Shown here: one piece after another, positions 39,480 to 53,880 of the stretch
Layout: every line of letters begins with the position of its first letter
Position numbering within the stretch: the first letter of the stretch is position 1
Assembly: GCA_951406725.2 (NCBI GenBank)
Contig: OX597835.1
Span: forward strand, 1,178,001-1,242,000
Direction: 5' to 3'
From: Octopus vulgaris
Lineage: Eukaryota
Length of the DNA: 64,000 nucleotides
Notes under the pieces: model-generated
What the model was told of the DNA's origin: nothing
The model's database searches: none
What the model saw: the letters and a program-made list of their open reading frames with translations, nothing else
Made by a program: the position numbers and the translations under genes

Positions 39480-40170
39480 TATTTTAGAATACCTGCCATA
39501 GGACAACAAAATATCTAATTCGGAACCAAGGAAAACTGATGCAAGTAGCTACAAAAACAAAATGAAAACAAAACAAAATACTGTTTTTCTGTGTTGAAGG
39601 AAGCTGCAAAGAACAAAGCAGAGATCTTAATAACTGATGGCTGTGAGGAAAAAGAAGAATCAACAAAAGCTAAAATCTAAGACTAAAACTGGAACTACCG
39701 AAATCCTATAAGAAAATAATAGCAAGAAAAGCCATTACATACTGAAATTAGCTGAACTGAATAGAAATAGGTGAAGTAAAATGCCAACATTTGTTGAGAA
39801 ACATGGGGCTCAAAGCAAAGGCTGAAGAGTTCTTAATTGTAGTACAAAATCAAAGCTTCCCCACCAGAGACCACCAAAAACAGATACCCTCCTTGGTTTG
39901 TAAAACTGTATATGGTAACGTCCTTTATTATTATTGCATATATAACATAATGCAAACGTGTAGCTTTTTTGTGCATTTTGTTTGCAGGAAATAAAGAAAT
40001 AACAGTAATAATGTTTAATAAATGTTGCTTACTGCAAATTATGGATGATTCTTTTATGAGTTCATTGCTTTCAGGCTTAGCTTAAGGTATTTTCATGCCT
40101 GACATCACAAAATGCATCTGAATAAACATTGCCGGACAGCAAACAGAGACTCGGACATTGCTTAGAAAAT
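39480..40170 (+). mobile_element. R4/Dong-like LINE remnant
   Basis: LRNMGLKAKAEEFLIVVQNQSFPTRDHQK resembles the recalled WL..G.LK.ETEGF.IA.QDQ.L.TR.Y motif. Confidence 0.55.
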
Positions 40171-41334
40171 AATTTTCAATTTTAACCTCGTTTATAGTAC
40201 GCACTAGGGATTTTGACCTTTAAATTTTGGGGGAAAATGTAGATTATACTCAAGGATTTATGGTATGTGTTTTTGGTGGTCTCTGGTGGGGAGGTTGTTC
40301 AAGCATTTCACCCGGCGTGCTAACGTTTCTGCCAGCTCACCGCCTAACAGTGATACAGTGATGGCATTGGCACTCTAAGAATAACAACACACTGTTTCTC
40401 TGAGTTATAGAAGAGGTCTTTTATTATTGTTCAAGAGAAGTGGGGGGGGGAGCAGCTTAGATAATTATATAATTAGACTGCATCAACTGATAAACAGTAG
40501 AAATACATCTGAATCTAGTCGAAATAGATTTTATTTACTTGATTGTGTCTTACTTCGGAGAAGATGGTTATAAATCAATAACCTTTGTTGAAAGGAAGTC
40601 AGACAGATTTGACAATCTGCTCAGCTGTTAACTTGTAAAGAAGCCAGACGTAACATATGAAAGATGGCAACGATGATGAGGAGGAGGAAGGAGATTGGAG
40701 GAAAGGATGATAACAAGGAGTCTGTTATCTATCATTTCCCCAAAGGTAGGAAGGGGTGACGGTGGTGGTGGTGGTGGTGAGCAGCAATGAGAAGCTTCAG
40801 TTCACTCAAAATCCAGCAAAGATAGGATCAGAAACATCTACCACTACATATATATCTAATACATCCTTTCTTTATTTCAGACGGTAGGGTGGGATTGAGG
40901 GACATTTAACTACTCTTTCGAGCAGACTGAGTGATTGCATTAGTGGCTGTTATTATTAGTGTTGTTTAATCCCTTGATCATCCCCAATCCAACAGAGATC
41001 TATAACAGTTTGACTCGGTTTCTTATGATTTAAAGGTTCATAGGCCCCTAAGATGGACCTATCTTGTCAGGTATCTGGAAAAGAGCAAGGGATCCGAGAT
41101 GAATTCAAGATGGCTTCTAGATGGTCGGCTCCGGTCACATGGAGTTGATGCTGAGGGAGCAATACCAGTTCTTTGTTTCTTCTTCGGTCCATGTGCCTGG
41201 ACAGAATGGTTGGCAGGAAGCTGTCATCTCTCTGGCGGCAAAGTGCAGTGCAATATCTTCACTGACATCAGTTCATTGTATTTAATGCCATAAATGGTAG
41301 AGTGTGGCATTGTTGTGGGTTAGTAGCTCAGTCA

Positions 41335-41402
41335 GTAGAATTTTAGGGGGTATCACTAAAGAGCTCCGTAGAATTTTAGGAGGTATCACTAAAGAGCTCC
41401 GT
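41335..41402. repeat. 34-bp tandem duplication
   Basis: GTAGAATTTTAGG.GGTATCACTAAAGAGCTCC twice. Confidence 0.85.
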
Positions 41403-41734
41403 TGAAGGGAGTCAAGCACAGTTTGACCAAGCAAAAACACATTTTTTGCTTCATCATTTTCATGTCAAAATACATTTTTTCCATGAACAATTAAATATCA
41501 TTTGAAAGTTTTGCATGTGAACTTTATGATCAAGATCCAACACTCGTCTATCATGCCATGGTCCCTCAGTCACCCTAGTATTTCCACCCATTCACAAACT
41601 TAGTCCTGTTTTTGTTTTGTTTTTTTTACTGCTGAACAGTAGCCCTCATTCTAGTTCAGTGTGCTGCAGCACTAAAACTCAATCATGAAGAGGACTGTTT
41701 TTTTACTTTATTTTGATATAAAAATCAATGAGGG

Positions 41735-41823
41735 TAGAAGACACTTGCCCAAAGTGCGTCGCAGTGGGACTGAACCTGGAACCATGTGGTTGGTAAGCAA
41801 GCTATCTACCACACAGCCACTCC
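41735..41823 (-). mobile_element. SINE family 1 head fragment
   Basis: GTAGAAGACACTTGCCC...GTGGGACTGAACC...CACACAGCCACTCC. Confidence 0.8.
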
Positions 41824-42002
41824 GGTCAGATAATTGGTATGAAATATAAAAGTGAAAATTTTATTGTTAATTTTCACTTAGAAAAGAACGGGTTTTCTTT
41901 GAGATTTTTATACCATACGAAAGAAAACCTTCTCGTGAATTCAGTACCTGAGCACATAACAATCTCAGTTCTCTTATTTTAGAGTTAATTATCCGTGTAT
42001 AA

Positions 42003-42125
<123 letters not shown>

Positions 42126-43188
42126 TAAGTTATCTTTTTTTATTTTTTTCAGTATCTGTCTGTTTGTCTTTCTGTCTGCCAAACTTTTTTACCTTCCAAC
42201 AACACAGGGTGAGGAGAATTTATTTTGTGGTACACCAAATAAAAATCACAACAAAATTGAATATACTTCATTAGTATGAATAAAAATAAATAAATTCTCA
42301 TTATAGCAACAATAGAATAACATTGTTTTGAATTCCATTCGTCCCCAGTCGAAAGACACCTCTTGTTATGTCCTCCTCCTCCTCCTCCTGCTGTTGTTGT
42401 TGTTGTTGTATTTATATTCGTGTAACATCGTCTGTTTTTCCGTCCTTGTTTTCTTATACATTCGATGCTTTTTTCCTAGGAATCTAATGCTCTTAGCTTA
42501 GTTTTTCCTTGGGGCTGGCCAGATTGGAGCAATCTCAAGATTAATCAGCCGAAATTGCAAGGATGATCCAGTTCTTGACTGAAGATAGAAAACTTCGAAT
42601 GACTCGTCCTTGTTTTTTTGTATCATCTATCTGGATGTTTTGTTGTCCCTTTTTGTATTTTATATATATATAGTGGTGTACATACACTTTGTTCTCTGAT
42701 ATATATGATTGTGTAATCTGCTAGAAATAGCAACTTATTTTATCATTTAAACTACATGTTACTGTCTTCACAATTGAAAAGAAGTACACATTGAATATTG
42801 TAGTACTTGATACCCCCACCAAAAACAAAAAAAGAATATCTGTATGGTCACGGATTATTAGCCCTTGATTATTATTAGCCTGCTCAGTCAGGGCTGACCA
42901 GGGGCTAAATAACATTTTTTTAAATATTATATTTTGTGAACACTAAACAGCAGAACTGTTTATTATAGGTTCCCAAAGAGCCAATCTCTTGGTCAGTGCA
43001 CTTAAGAGTGAGGAGAGAACTTTGCAATTTGGGCAAAGCAAATATTCTGCAGTACCTTAGCTCAAAAACGGTTTTATTAGATTCTTTTTTTTTTCTGAAC
43101 TGATACAGGTTTCCAACAAATATACAAAATGTGCTTCCTCAGCATTTTTGTCTACAAAATCTCACTCAAAAGGCTTTAGTCAACCTGA

Positions 43189-43737
<549 letters not shown>

Positions 43738-44782
43738 TAGAAAATAGAACTTAGAGAGAATTAGAAAAACCAGTAATAAAATAACTGGTTTTCCATTGTT
43801 ATTTACCTGACGTTATGAACATTGTTAAACAAAAGTTCTCGCATAAAATTATAATGGGTTTGTTTAAGTTTGAAACCCTTTAAAGCAGTTTTCTTCAATG
43901 ATAGACTCAGAGATGGTCTTGGGACGGTATAAGAAGGGTCAACTGTAAATTTCATCTTACTTAATAATATTTAATTTATTTTTGTATTTTGTTGTTTGAT
44001 GGTACTGTTTCTTTTTTTCATTTTAGTAATAATTATGATTTATGATGATGATGATTTGGTGAAAATTCATTTTTTCTTTTCTCTTTTTGTTAATGGCTTA
44101 GTCAAAGGAGGAAGGGTAGTGTCTAAAACCAGAATCTTTGAAACTAGGAGGTGGAGGGAGGAAGACACTATGGCTCTTAGGTTACCACAGAAGGAGACAG
44201 GGTAAACAACGATACTGGATTACCCTCAATCTAGAGACATGGCCTGAATGCTTACAAAGATGAGTTCTCTTCTAAAGATTCTAAAATCCCAGATGATGGA
44301 CCGATTATATTGGATTATGTCACTTGTCCAAGGTGCTGTGCTGGGAGGTCAAACTCTGGGTCTCCATTGTGGTGAAAGAAGATGGCAACCTAGCGGTGGT
44401 TACCTGTGTGCAACATGCAGTGAATAGAAGACACTAAATCCAATTGCAAAATCGATTCAAACAATTGAGAAACTCGAGGCCATCCCTTCTGATTATGAAG
44501 CAATGTTTTTAACTTCACAGCCATAACCTACATCAACTTTTCTATCTCACAATCATTTACTGTTATTCTCTTAGTTTCTGACTTTGTTTCAGCCATCACA
44601 GCAAAGGCCATACTACAGCATCACCTCCATGTGTTTGGAATTTTTAGTGCATTTGATAATAACCTAGGACTAATAAGTCTAGGACTAATGAAACACAACA
44701 ATCTTCGTTTATCACAAAAAAAAAAAAAAAAAACCAACTCTGATTAATTATTTACTTTCTCTTTTACCCGTTCTTCATTCAG

Positions 44783-45303
44783 GAGTGGTTCTTGCTGTTT
44801 TTGAAAAGGCTGATTTGATCAGTCCGATCTTCTCTGAAGACGGTATCCTTAAAGCGGGTGTGGGTACAGTGTCAGCTGGCTGGCAGAACTTTCTCATCTG
44901 CATTGAGATGGTATTTGCCGCCATTGCACTGCGCTTTGCATTCCCACACATGATCTACAGTTCTGGCCCCTCATCAACCCATGGTCGCACGGTGTCGCTG
45001 CAGAGCATTTCGAGCAGCCTGAAGGAGACGATGAATCCACGCGACATTATGCAGGATGCGATACACAACTTCCACCCACAGTATCAGCAGTATACTCAAC
45101 AAGGGATGAAGATCCCACATGAAGAAGAGGGCACTGAGCCCAGCTGGCCATATGACCAGCAGTATCCTTATCAACAGCAGACTCCTTATCCGAATGGGGC
45201 CATCCCAACTTCCAGGCCGCTGCCACCGACCGGAGCCACTCCAAACAAGATGAAATTCAATGAAAAAACTACACTTTTGAGCTCAGACGATGAATTTCAG
45301 TGA
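44783..45303 (+). CDS. TMEM184B: TMEM184B-like coding exon 7 (terminal)
   Basis: TTCAG|GA; GWQNFLICIEM, SLQSISSSLKETMNPRDIMQDAIHNFHPQYQQYTQQ, EKTTLLSSDDEFQ-stop. Spliced CDS totals 1542 nt = 513 aa. Confidence 0.95.
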
Positions 45304-48300
45304 TGACAAGGCAACTGACTTGACGACAACTTTACATTTCAAACCAATAATGACAAGAAACCAAACTGTCAAGATCAAACAGTTTGTTTTTTACTGGGGT
45401 TGTACGTTAGAGTTTGTTTTTTCTCTTCAGTAACTTTGGAATCAGTGAAGTTCCAAACGTGAGTGATACAGATGTGGAAATAAAAGAAAATGTTTAACAA
45501 AAATTTAGAAAAATTACAAAAAATTTACGAGGTCTATACAAAGAGCGAATTTTGAAAGAAAACAAAATGCCTAAATATTAGGACGCCTGCTCTTAGCCCC
45601 TCTCCCTGTTTTTAAGCTGCTGTTGCTGGTACAGTCAAATACAGATGTCTTTTCTTTTTCATTTTCTTTTCCTCTTTTTACAAGTTAACTTTCTTTCTCC
45701 AGTATTCTGATCTCATAAGGACCCATAATCCTCAGTTGCTTTCACAAACTAAACATATCACACTACACATTATTTTATGGACTTTGCTTCCACTTTTTAT
45801 TTTCTCTTTCACAAGTTTTCTAACTATATCTGTCATTCTGTTAATCTATCCATATTTCATTTCTACTTTTCTGTACCTATCTAGCTAGTTCTATCGCTAA
45901 TTAACCCTCTATATATTTGACTAAGTTGGAAGCCAACTATCTAACTAGCTTCTCAACTAGATAGGCAACTACTTACCTATTTGTTTACATTTCTATCTGC
46001 ATTTATCAATATCAAACTATCCACCTACTGACCTATAGAGCTGATTACCCATGTGTCTGAATAGCTAATTTACTTATCATATTAATCTTGCTAGCTACCT
46101 AGCATGCTGATTTCTACTTGTGTGTGTGTATATATATGTGTGTGTATATATATATATATATGATGATGATGATATATATGCATCTATCTATTTATCTGTC
46201 TATCTTTAACTAGCTAGCCAGCTAGCTACCTACCTCTCTAACTAGCTATCAATATCTATTTACCTACTTATCTATCAAGATGACAACTATCTAAATAGCT
46301 TCCTAGCTAGCTAACCACCTACTTACCTATTTTAGAATCATACTATCTAGTTAGCTAACCCTCTCTCTCTCACTCTCTGTATATATATATATATACATAC
46401 ACACTTCATAAAGTGGACTTAATGATTTAGATACAAAGAAGATGATTCATTCAGGAAAAGATCCTCATCAAAGGAAGATGAAAGAAAAATAAGGCCATCC
46501 CATAACTGTAAACTTCTTTACAACAGACTAATTCATTCCACTTCATAACTTTCTTCACTTCTCTATTTGCTGAAGTAAACCATTTCCAATTTCCTCTGGT
46601 CCTAATGATTCACTTGTAAATCTAGTTATTCGACTATCTGTATACGTTTCTACATATGCAGATAGTCTACAGCTAAATAGATAGCTATCTAAATACACCG
46701 TTATCTCTGTAGTATTGGCATGAATTTAAAAAATTAAAACCCCCAAATTTTATTTTATTCTGTTAATTAACAATCAAGATGGAAATATTTAATGCTCATT
46801 AATAATAAAAGATTCATAATAATGATTAAATAGTTTAACTTAGTTAATCTTTCCTTTCTACTTGTAAATATCAGCTGGATCTGAATTAAAACGAAATCAT
46901 ATCCACACACTCACATAAACACAATTACATATCATATATCATCTCATCTCATCTCAAGCTCGATAAAAGCCTAGCCTTGATGCTGAGACTTAATGTAAAT
47001 CAAATAAACATAACGAGTGAGTTACTTGAAATTTCAGTCACTCAGCTCTTTTGAATCCTGTTTCCATATTTATGATAATTATGGAAAGAATTTTGAACTA
47101 TTTTCCTTTAAAACTTCTGCGGCTGTTAAATTGGATAACTCTTCAATAGTAATGAGTCATTCTTTGACTGTCAATTGTTTTAATCTTGGAGAAATTCAAA
47201 AAAAGGTTTCTGTTTAATTGGGGAAGTACAAATGTGTAACTAAAATGAGTTAAAGGCGTTTCATACATCAATTCCTATTATGTGGGGAATGTGAAAACAG
47301 TGGCGGAAAGGGAAGGTGGGTGGATATTACAAAAGGTAAGTTACAGGAATAAGAAGAAGGAGGAGGTTGGAAAAGGAAAAAGGGCAAATATGATTTTAGT
47401 CATGTAAAGGTGGTTTATCTCAGTTCCATAATAGTAGCTGTTCAAAGAACTTGCATCTCCTGAACATCTCTGATCTGGTGTTCAGTAAATGCAAGCACTT
47501 TGTAAAGCATCTAGTACAGAACTGGGGGAATCTACCTTTACTGGACAAAACCACACAGATGCATGCAAAGCCATCTATGATTCACTTTTTTATCTTTACT
47601 CTATTTCCTCTTCTCTTTACACTCCTTCTAACTTAATTTTTTTTCTTATCTCATCTGTCCCATCCTCCTTTATATTCCATCACACTCATATTACACATGT
47701 CTTCCTTTAATTTTAAAGAAAAAACAATGTTTTTTTTTTGTTTTTTTTCCCCAATTTCACCAAGATTAAAATCATTGATACTCAAAGGGCATTAGCTTGC
47801 TAATACTATCAAAGAATTATCCACTTTAGTAGAAGCTGGAGTTTTAAAGGTAAACTTCTTTTAAAACTTTCCATAACACATGGAAATATCAGGCTTGAAA
47901 GAGCAGTGTGAAGGTAGCCCACATGTGTATGTGTATATTTTATTTAAGTAGATATATATATAGATAGATAGATAGATACTTGTATCAGCATGTATGTACG
48001 AAGTAAAATGGAGAAAAGAGCACTTGAATAACAAAGTTTCGAGTTTAAATGAAACGGGAAAGCTTCAGAAATTATCACTCCATGTTTCACGTTGCTGATT
48101 GTCAGATAGAAGGAAACTTTTAGAACAATACAATGTGTTGTTTTAAAAGTTCACTTCTGTCTTATCATGGTTATGTGAAACACAAATAACAGTTTGTGAA
48201 GTTTCAACTCCAATAAAATTGTGTGTGCGTGTGTGCACACACACACACACACACACAAATATATGGAGAAAAAATTTTTGTAAAATGTAAAACCAATTCT

Positions 48301-48826
48301 TTGTAGCTTTGGCTTGCCCCTTTTTTTCTTTTTTTTTTTTTTTTTTTTTTGTTTAATTTATTACCTTTACCCCTATCACCAATTAACAATTCTGACCAAA
48401 TTTTGTTGAATGATGCAGAATGTTGCATTGAAAACCAGCTGGGAGAGAATTTGCCTGGGGTTAAAATAGTAGTAACATTCACCTGCCATTTTGATGTAGC
48501 AACTCGCTCTACTGTTTAGTATAAATATAATATAATTAAGATTTGGTTGAATTAGGTACTGAAATTGAGGCCCCTTGTTAGGTTGATCAAATTTGCACAC
48601 CCAAACAATATCAGGTGAATAACAAACTCTGTGCAGAAGCGTTTGTTGCACTTGATATTCTTGCAATGGATGCAGATAACATGACCCAACTTAGTGAAAA
48701 TATCTGCTCTTGGTTGTTCAGACGTACTTTATATAAAAAAATACTTTCTCTAATATTTCCAAAGTGCAGATTCCAGGATAGGTGAATAAAATATAAATGA
48801 ATAACAAAGATTTTACAGGTGTCAAT

Positions 48827-48909
48827 TCATTACGGCCGTTTCAAGTGACTGCTTTAATTGATTAATGAAAACATTAAACCACTGCAAAGAAACCATATTC
48901 ATCAGATGA
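48827..48909 (-). ncRNA. Minimal type I hammerhead motif with palindromic stem III
   Basis: Minus strand: TCAT-CTGATGA-(long, decayed stem II)-GAAA-CGGCCG-TA-ATGA; GUA triplet. Confidence 0.7.
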
Positions 48910-48966
48910 CAGCAAAGACTTCACACACAAAGGACAAACTAACCTTTGTATTTGAAGTCTATGCAG

Positions 48967-49049
48967 TCATCTGATGAAAATGGTCTCTTTGCAATGATGT
49001 AATGTTTTCATTAAGCAATTCAAGGACTTGCTTGAAACGACTATCATGA
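48967..49049 (+). ncRNA. Second hammerhead copy, stem III decayed
   Basis: TCAT-CTGATGA-...-GAAA-CGACTA-TC-ATGA. Confidence 0.6.
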
Positions 49050-49814
49050 ATCGGCACCTCTACATCTTTGTTACTCATTTATATATATATATATATTCTT
49101 TTATCCTTTTGCTTTTCAGTCTTCTTGACTGCAATCATTTTAAAAAAATTGGTAGTTACGTAGAATAATGTTGTGTATAGAAGAAGACAATGTCTTTGCT
49201 GTCTGTACAGAATCAAAAGAAACTAATTGGTTGTGGGTGAAGAGAACAGAGCAGTGGGTAGGGTGTCTGTGTGAACTTGGTATTTGCAGAATTAGAACCC
49301 ACTTATTCTCTGTTTGAAAACCCAAAAGCTAAAATTACAAAATACCAAAAGTATGAAACATATCCTCTGTTACTCCTCCTCCTCCTCCTCCTACTACTAC
49401 CACCAACAACAACAACAACAACAGCCCAAATGAACAATACTTTGTAAAATGGTTACTAAAAAGAAGAGAATTTTTTTTTATGAAACCCATCATGTGAATT
49501 GAACTCATTTCATATTTTGGCTTTTGCCGACCCCTTCTCTTTTATTTGAAAATTAATTTTTATTACCATTTTATTTTATTTCCATTTTTGTAAAATTTAC
49601 TGTTTTTTTAATGTTGTTGTTATTATTATTATTATCATTATTATTATTATTATTATTCTTACCACCTGAGAATTTTTCTTTGATTTTGGAGTTAAACATA
49701 TCAAATCTTAAAAGTAAAGTTAAAAAGAAAAACAAGCAAAAAAAATCATGCAAAATTATTTTTTTAGCTGCATTTTTGAATCGCTTCAATAACATATTTG
49801 TCCTTTTGAGTTTT

Positions 49815-49925
49815 GTGTGTGTGAGCATGTATGTCTGTGTGTGTGTGAGCATGTATGTCTGTGTGTGTGTGAGCATGTATGTCTGTGTGTGTGTGAGCAT
49901 GTATGTCTGTGTGTGTGTGTGAGTG
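49815..49925. repeat. 21-bp minisatellite x4
   Basis: GTGTGTGTGAGCATGTATGTC-like unit repeated four times. Confidence 0.9.
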
Positions 49926-50199
49926 TGTTATTGAGTTTGCTTTGATTTTGTTTTTTTTGTCATTTCTCCTCACTCCCACCAAATCACTCATTTTCTCACA
50001 AATTTCAATGTGAGAAATTGAAAATGAAATGAACAAATCTGTTATATTTCCTCTCTCTTTTCTATAAAACCAACCAAAATGTAACATAACTGAACTAAGT
50101 TTTATAGGTTTTGAATTCACTGTTAAAATCAAAACCTAGAAAACAATAATTAACATTACACTTTGTTGCTTTACAAATAAACGACAGTCGTTAGTCGTT

Positions 50200-51800
50200 A
50201 TTATTGGCAGAATTGTTTGAGCACCGGACAAAATGTCTTGTGATACTTAGTTACAGCTCTTTACTTTCTGTCATGGTCAACTTAGCCTTTTTATTCTTCC
50301 AGGGTCAATAAAATAGAGTATCTGTTAAGTAATGGGGTTGATTTAACCAATTCACACCTCCCTACAAATACCAGGCCTCGTGCATGTATTAGAAGCAATT
50401 ATTAATATTAGAGACTATTTTAAAGACGGCAGCGCTGGCAGAATCATTACCAAACCAGTCTCAATGTTTAGCGGCATTTTATTCAGCTCTTTATGCTGTG
50501 AGCTGAAATTCTATTGAAGTCAATTTTGCCTTTTATTCTTTTGGGGTTGATGTAATCAACCAGCTTCCACCCCATCCCCCAATATTTCAGGCTTTGTACC
50601 AATATTAGAAAGGATTATTATTATTGTTGTTGTTGTTAGAAAGAGCAATGGCGCGACAGAATTAGTAGAACAAAATGCCTTGCAGTATTCGGTTATACTT
50701 CTTTACAGTCTGAGTTCAAATCCCACCAGGATCTAGTTTGCTTTTATTTTTCTTGGGTGCATAATATAAGTACCTACTGAATTGATTTGATTGACTGCCC
50801 CTTTCCTTAAAATGTGTGGCCTTTTGTGTCAGTCTAAGAAACTATTGTCATCATGTCTCTTCCTGTTCTCAAATTCAACTTTGCTTTCATCCTTTCATCA
50901 TCCTGAGATGTGGATGTCATACAGTAACTGAGTTGAACACCAGGGTTGTTGCAATTAATTACAAACCCTCTTGTAACCTAAAACAGGTGGGCCTTCGACC
51001 TATGTTCCAACTCATTATTATTATTACTATTTTTATAGAGCAGTAAGTCAAGAGAAGAGGTTTGCGCCAGAAATGAAATGCCTTATGGCATTTAGTCACC
51101 TTGTATCATTAAAATAATGTACCTTATTGGATACTAGGATGGATACAGTTGGAGCTAAACCTCAAGATTTATGGCCTACAGGCATCAAATTGGAAAAATT
51201 GTTTGCACATCAAACAAAATATCTTGTGGCATGTTCCAGCTCTTTACATCCTGGGTTCAAATCTCACCAAGATCAACTTTCTTTTTATCCTTCTGGTGTA
51301 AATAAAACAAAGCACCAGTCAAGTATTAGGGGTGGTATTGATTATTCCCCTCCCTGTAAAATTTCAGGCTTTGGGCCTATGTTAGAAACATTAATATTAC
51401 CAGGGTACAGAATCTGTAAAGGCCTGGCCGAAATACCATTGGGCTATTTTCTGTTCTTGGTTTCAAGTCTCACTTGTGTTCACGTTGCTTTTCATTTCTG
51501 AGAATTATATAAGCTTCAATAATTTACCAATACTTATTACTCCTCCTATCTCACATTTTCACCTGCATCCAGACTAGAGTTGATCCAATTAACTATGCTC
51601 TCTAACTTACCTTTAGAAATTTAGCCATGGTCTTAAACTATAAAATCAAATCATTATTATTATTAATGTTATATGGTTTTTAGGGAGGCTTTTAGGTTTT
51701 GGCCAATGTGGGGAGGGGACTTGGCAAAATCCATTGCGTTATCTGTTTTGGCTCTTTATCAACTCTTCAGGAGTTGATAAAATTAATATTAGGGTACTTG
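50200..51800 (+). mobile_element. Cluster of old, co-oriented SINE family 2 copies
   Basis: Repeated GGCAGAAT..., GTTCAAAT, TTTGC.TTT.AT.CTT, GGCCT/GGCTTTG + ATTAGAA + (ATT)n; about six or seven copies. Confidence 0.65.
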
Positions 51801-53135
51801 TAATTCAGGGTCATGCTTCTATTATCCTAATAGATGTCTTCACACAAACACACACACACATACACACATATAGATATATTTCAAAACTCAACCGAGTGAA
51901 GAATGGAAGCTGAGCTTTCCCACCATGACCATCTGTTTTGCATTTCTGTTTCTTCAGAGTTGTTGAATGCAAGTCTTTTACAGTTGAATAAAACAGAAAA
52001 TGGCAACACAAAGATTCAGAGTAAAAGTAGTGGGAAGTTGCAATGTTGAATATATATATATATATATAAATGGAGAGAGAGAGACTGATAAAATCAATTT
52101 TAGACTGAAATAAGTACTGGGGTTGATATGGCAACTGAAACTTTTGAAAATTGTGCTCCAAACTTTATAAGAGTAAAATACACAACACATACACACACAC
52201 ACAAACACACACACACACAGAAGTATTGGGCTTTTTCCCCCATTTGTAAATAATTCTGTATGTATGTGTGTTTATAATACTGGACCAAAACTAGTTACCC
52301 TTTCTTAGGGCAGGGTCTTTTCAAATTCCCTTATAAAATTTTTCCCAGGCTGTCGTCCTTCAATTTAACATGTCTAGCTTTTCGCTCATATGTCTGCCCC
52401 ACCTCCCTTTCTAGGAGTCTCATTCCACAGGCAATTGTCCTATGTCCACCTGGACAGAATTTTATATATCTAGAAAGTTCCGTGCTCTTTCCCCTGCCTT
52501 CAAACTTCACACTGTGAACAAAACACAAATCAATCAATCAATCAATCTATAAAATAATGAAATGCATTTTGTGTTTTAATTTTTATTTTATATTTACAGT
52601 TTATATTTCTTCTTGTACAATGTATTCTAAATTAGTTTTGGAGGTCATTTCCCCCGATAAAGGTTTTGGGAACAAAGCACAAAATTTCTTTTGGTTTTTT
52701 TTTTCTCTTTTTTTTTGGGGGGGGGGGGGGAGAGAAACTGTTGAAACAGCAGAGATGTGTATCTTGTTGAAGTTGAAGGCCAATCTAGAAAGCCATGTTG
52801 AGAGGAAGGCCCGGGGTAGACGTCTGTACATAGACAGGCCTGTGTTATTGGATGTGTAGCTGTGTGTAGGATGTGTATGTACATATATCTATATGTATGT
52901 ATGTATATTTGTTTGTGTGTGTGTGTGTGTATATATGTATATGTGTATATGTATATGTTTATGTATGTGTGTATTTGTATATGTGTGTGTATATATATAC
53001 ATATATATATGATTATATAAATATATGTATATGTGTATATATTATATTTTTATACTTATATTGTACAATATATATATTTATATATTTTACATGTATGCAT
53101 ATGTATAAATATATGTATGTATATATATGTATGTC

Positions 53136-53185
<50 letters not shown>

Positions 53186-53639
53186 TAGAGATCTATGCAT
53201 ACATATATATATATACATACCTACACACAGATCTATGCATATATATATACATACAATATATGCATACATATATATATATATATATATATATGATGTATGT
53301 ATCTATGTGTGTGAGTTCTTCTTTCCTCTCTCTCTCTCTCTCTCTGTTTTTGATGTCTTCATCCTCAACATGGCAAAATGTATCAACTGTAAATTTAAGA
53401 AATTATGAGAGGGATTTTTAAAATTATAATTGCTTTAAATTAAAATGTAATGATTTAAAATATATAATTAAAAAAAAGAAAAAAACTTCATATATCTGTC
53501 CCCCACCCCTCAAAAGAAGAAAAATGATTTCCCTCCAAAAATGTTGATATTAGTGCACCAACTGCAGAATTAGTGCACAAACTGCAGAATACTGTTTTAT
53601 TTGAAAAGAATTCTAAACTTATAGTTTTTTAGGTGAAAA

Positions 53640-53880
53640 ATAAAAATGTTAAAAAGCAAAAAAAAAAATAATAAATAATAATAATAACGACCTATGAATT
53701 GAAATAAAGGTTAATTGTATTTGACATTGAAATAAAGGTCAATTGTTCTTGACATTGGTTTGTTGACATTGAATTTGTCAACTAGAAAAATTGACTTAAC
53801 TCATTCAGACTTGTAAATTTATTTTCATGTTAAAAATTGTCATTTATGCTATGTCACCTTCATTCTGAGAATAAAATATT
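53640..53880 (+). terminator. Cluster of AATAAA hexamers; candidate distal poly(A) site of TMEM184B
   Basis: Several AATAAA (about 53639, 53670, 53703, 53731, 53870) followed by a T/GT-rich tract at about 53915-53980. Confidence 0.35.

Larger units (their letters stand above)
48791..49085. mobile_element. ~295 bp fold-back element made of two inverted hammerhead-bearing arms
   Basis: Arms of about 143 bp pair imperfectly around a 9-nt loop (48934-48942); right end in (TA)n. Confidence 0.85.

Noticed and set aside
44190-44430. Possible Gypsy RT remnant (also 41030-41450)
   Set aside because: Too decayed to assign by eye.
52873-53421. 182-aa ORF and many similar YIYI/CVCV/HTHT ORFs
   Set aside because: Translations of dinucleotide microsatellites.
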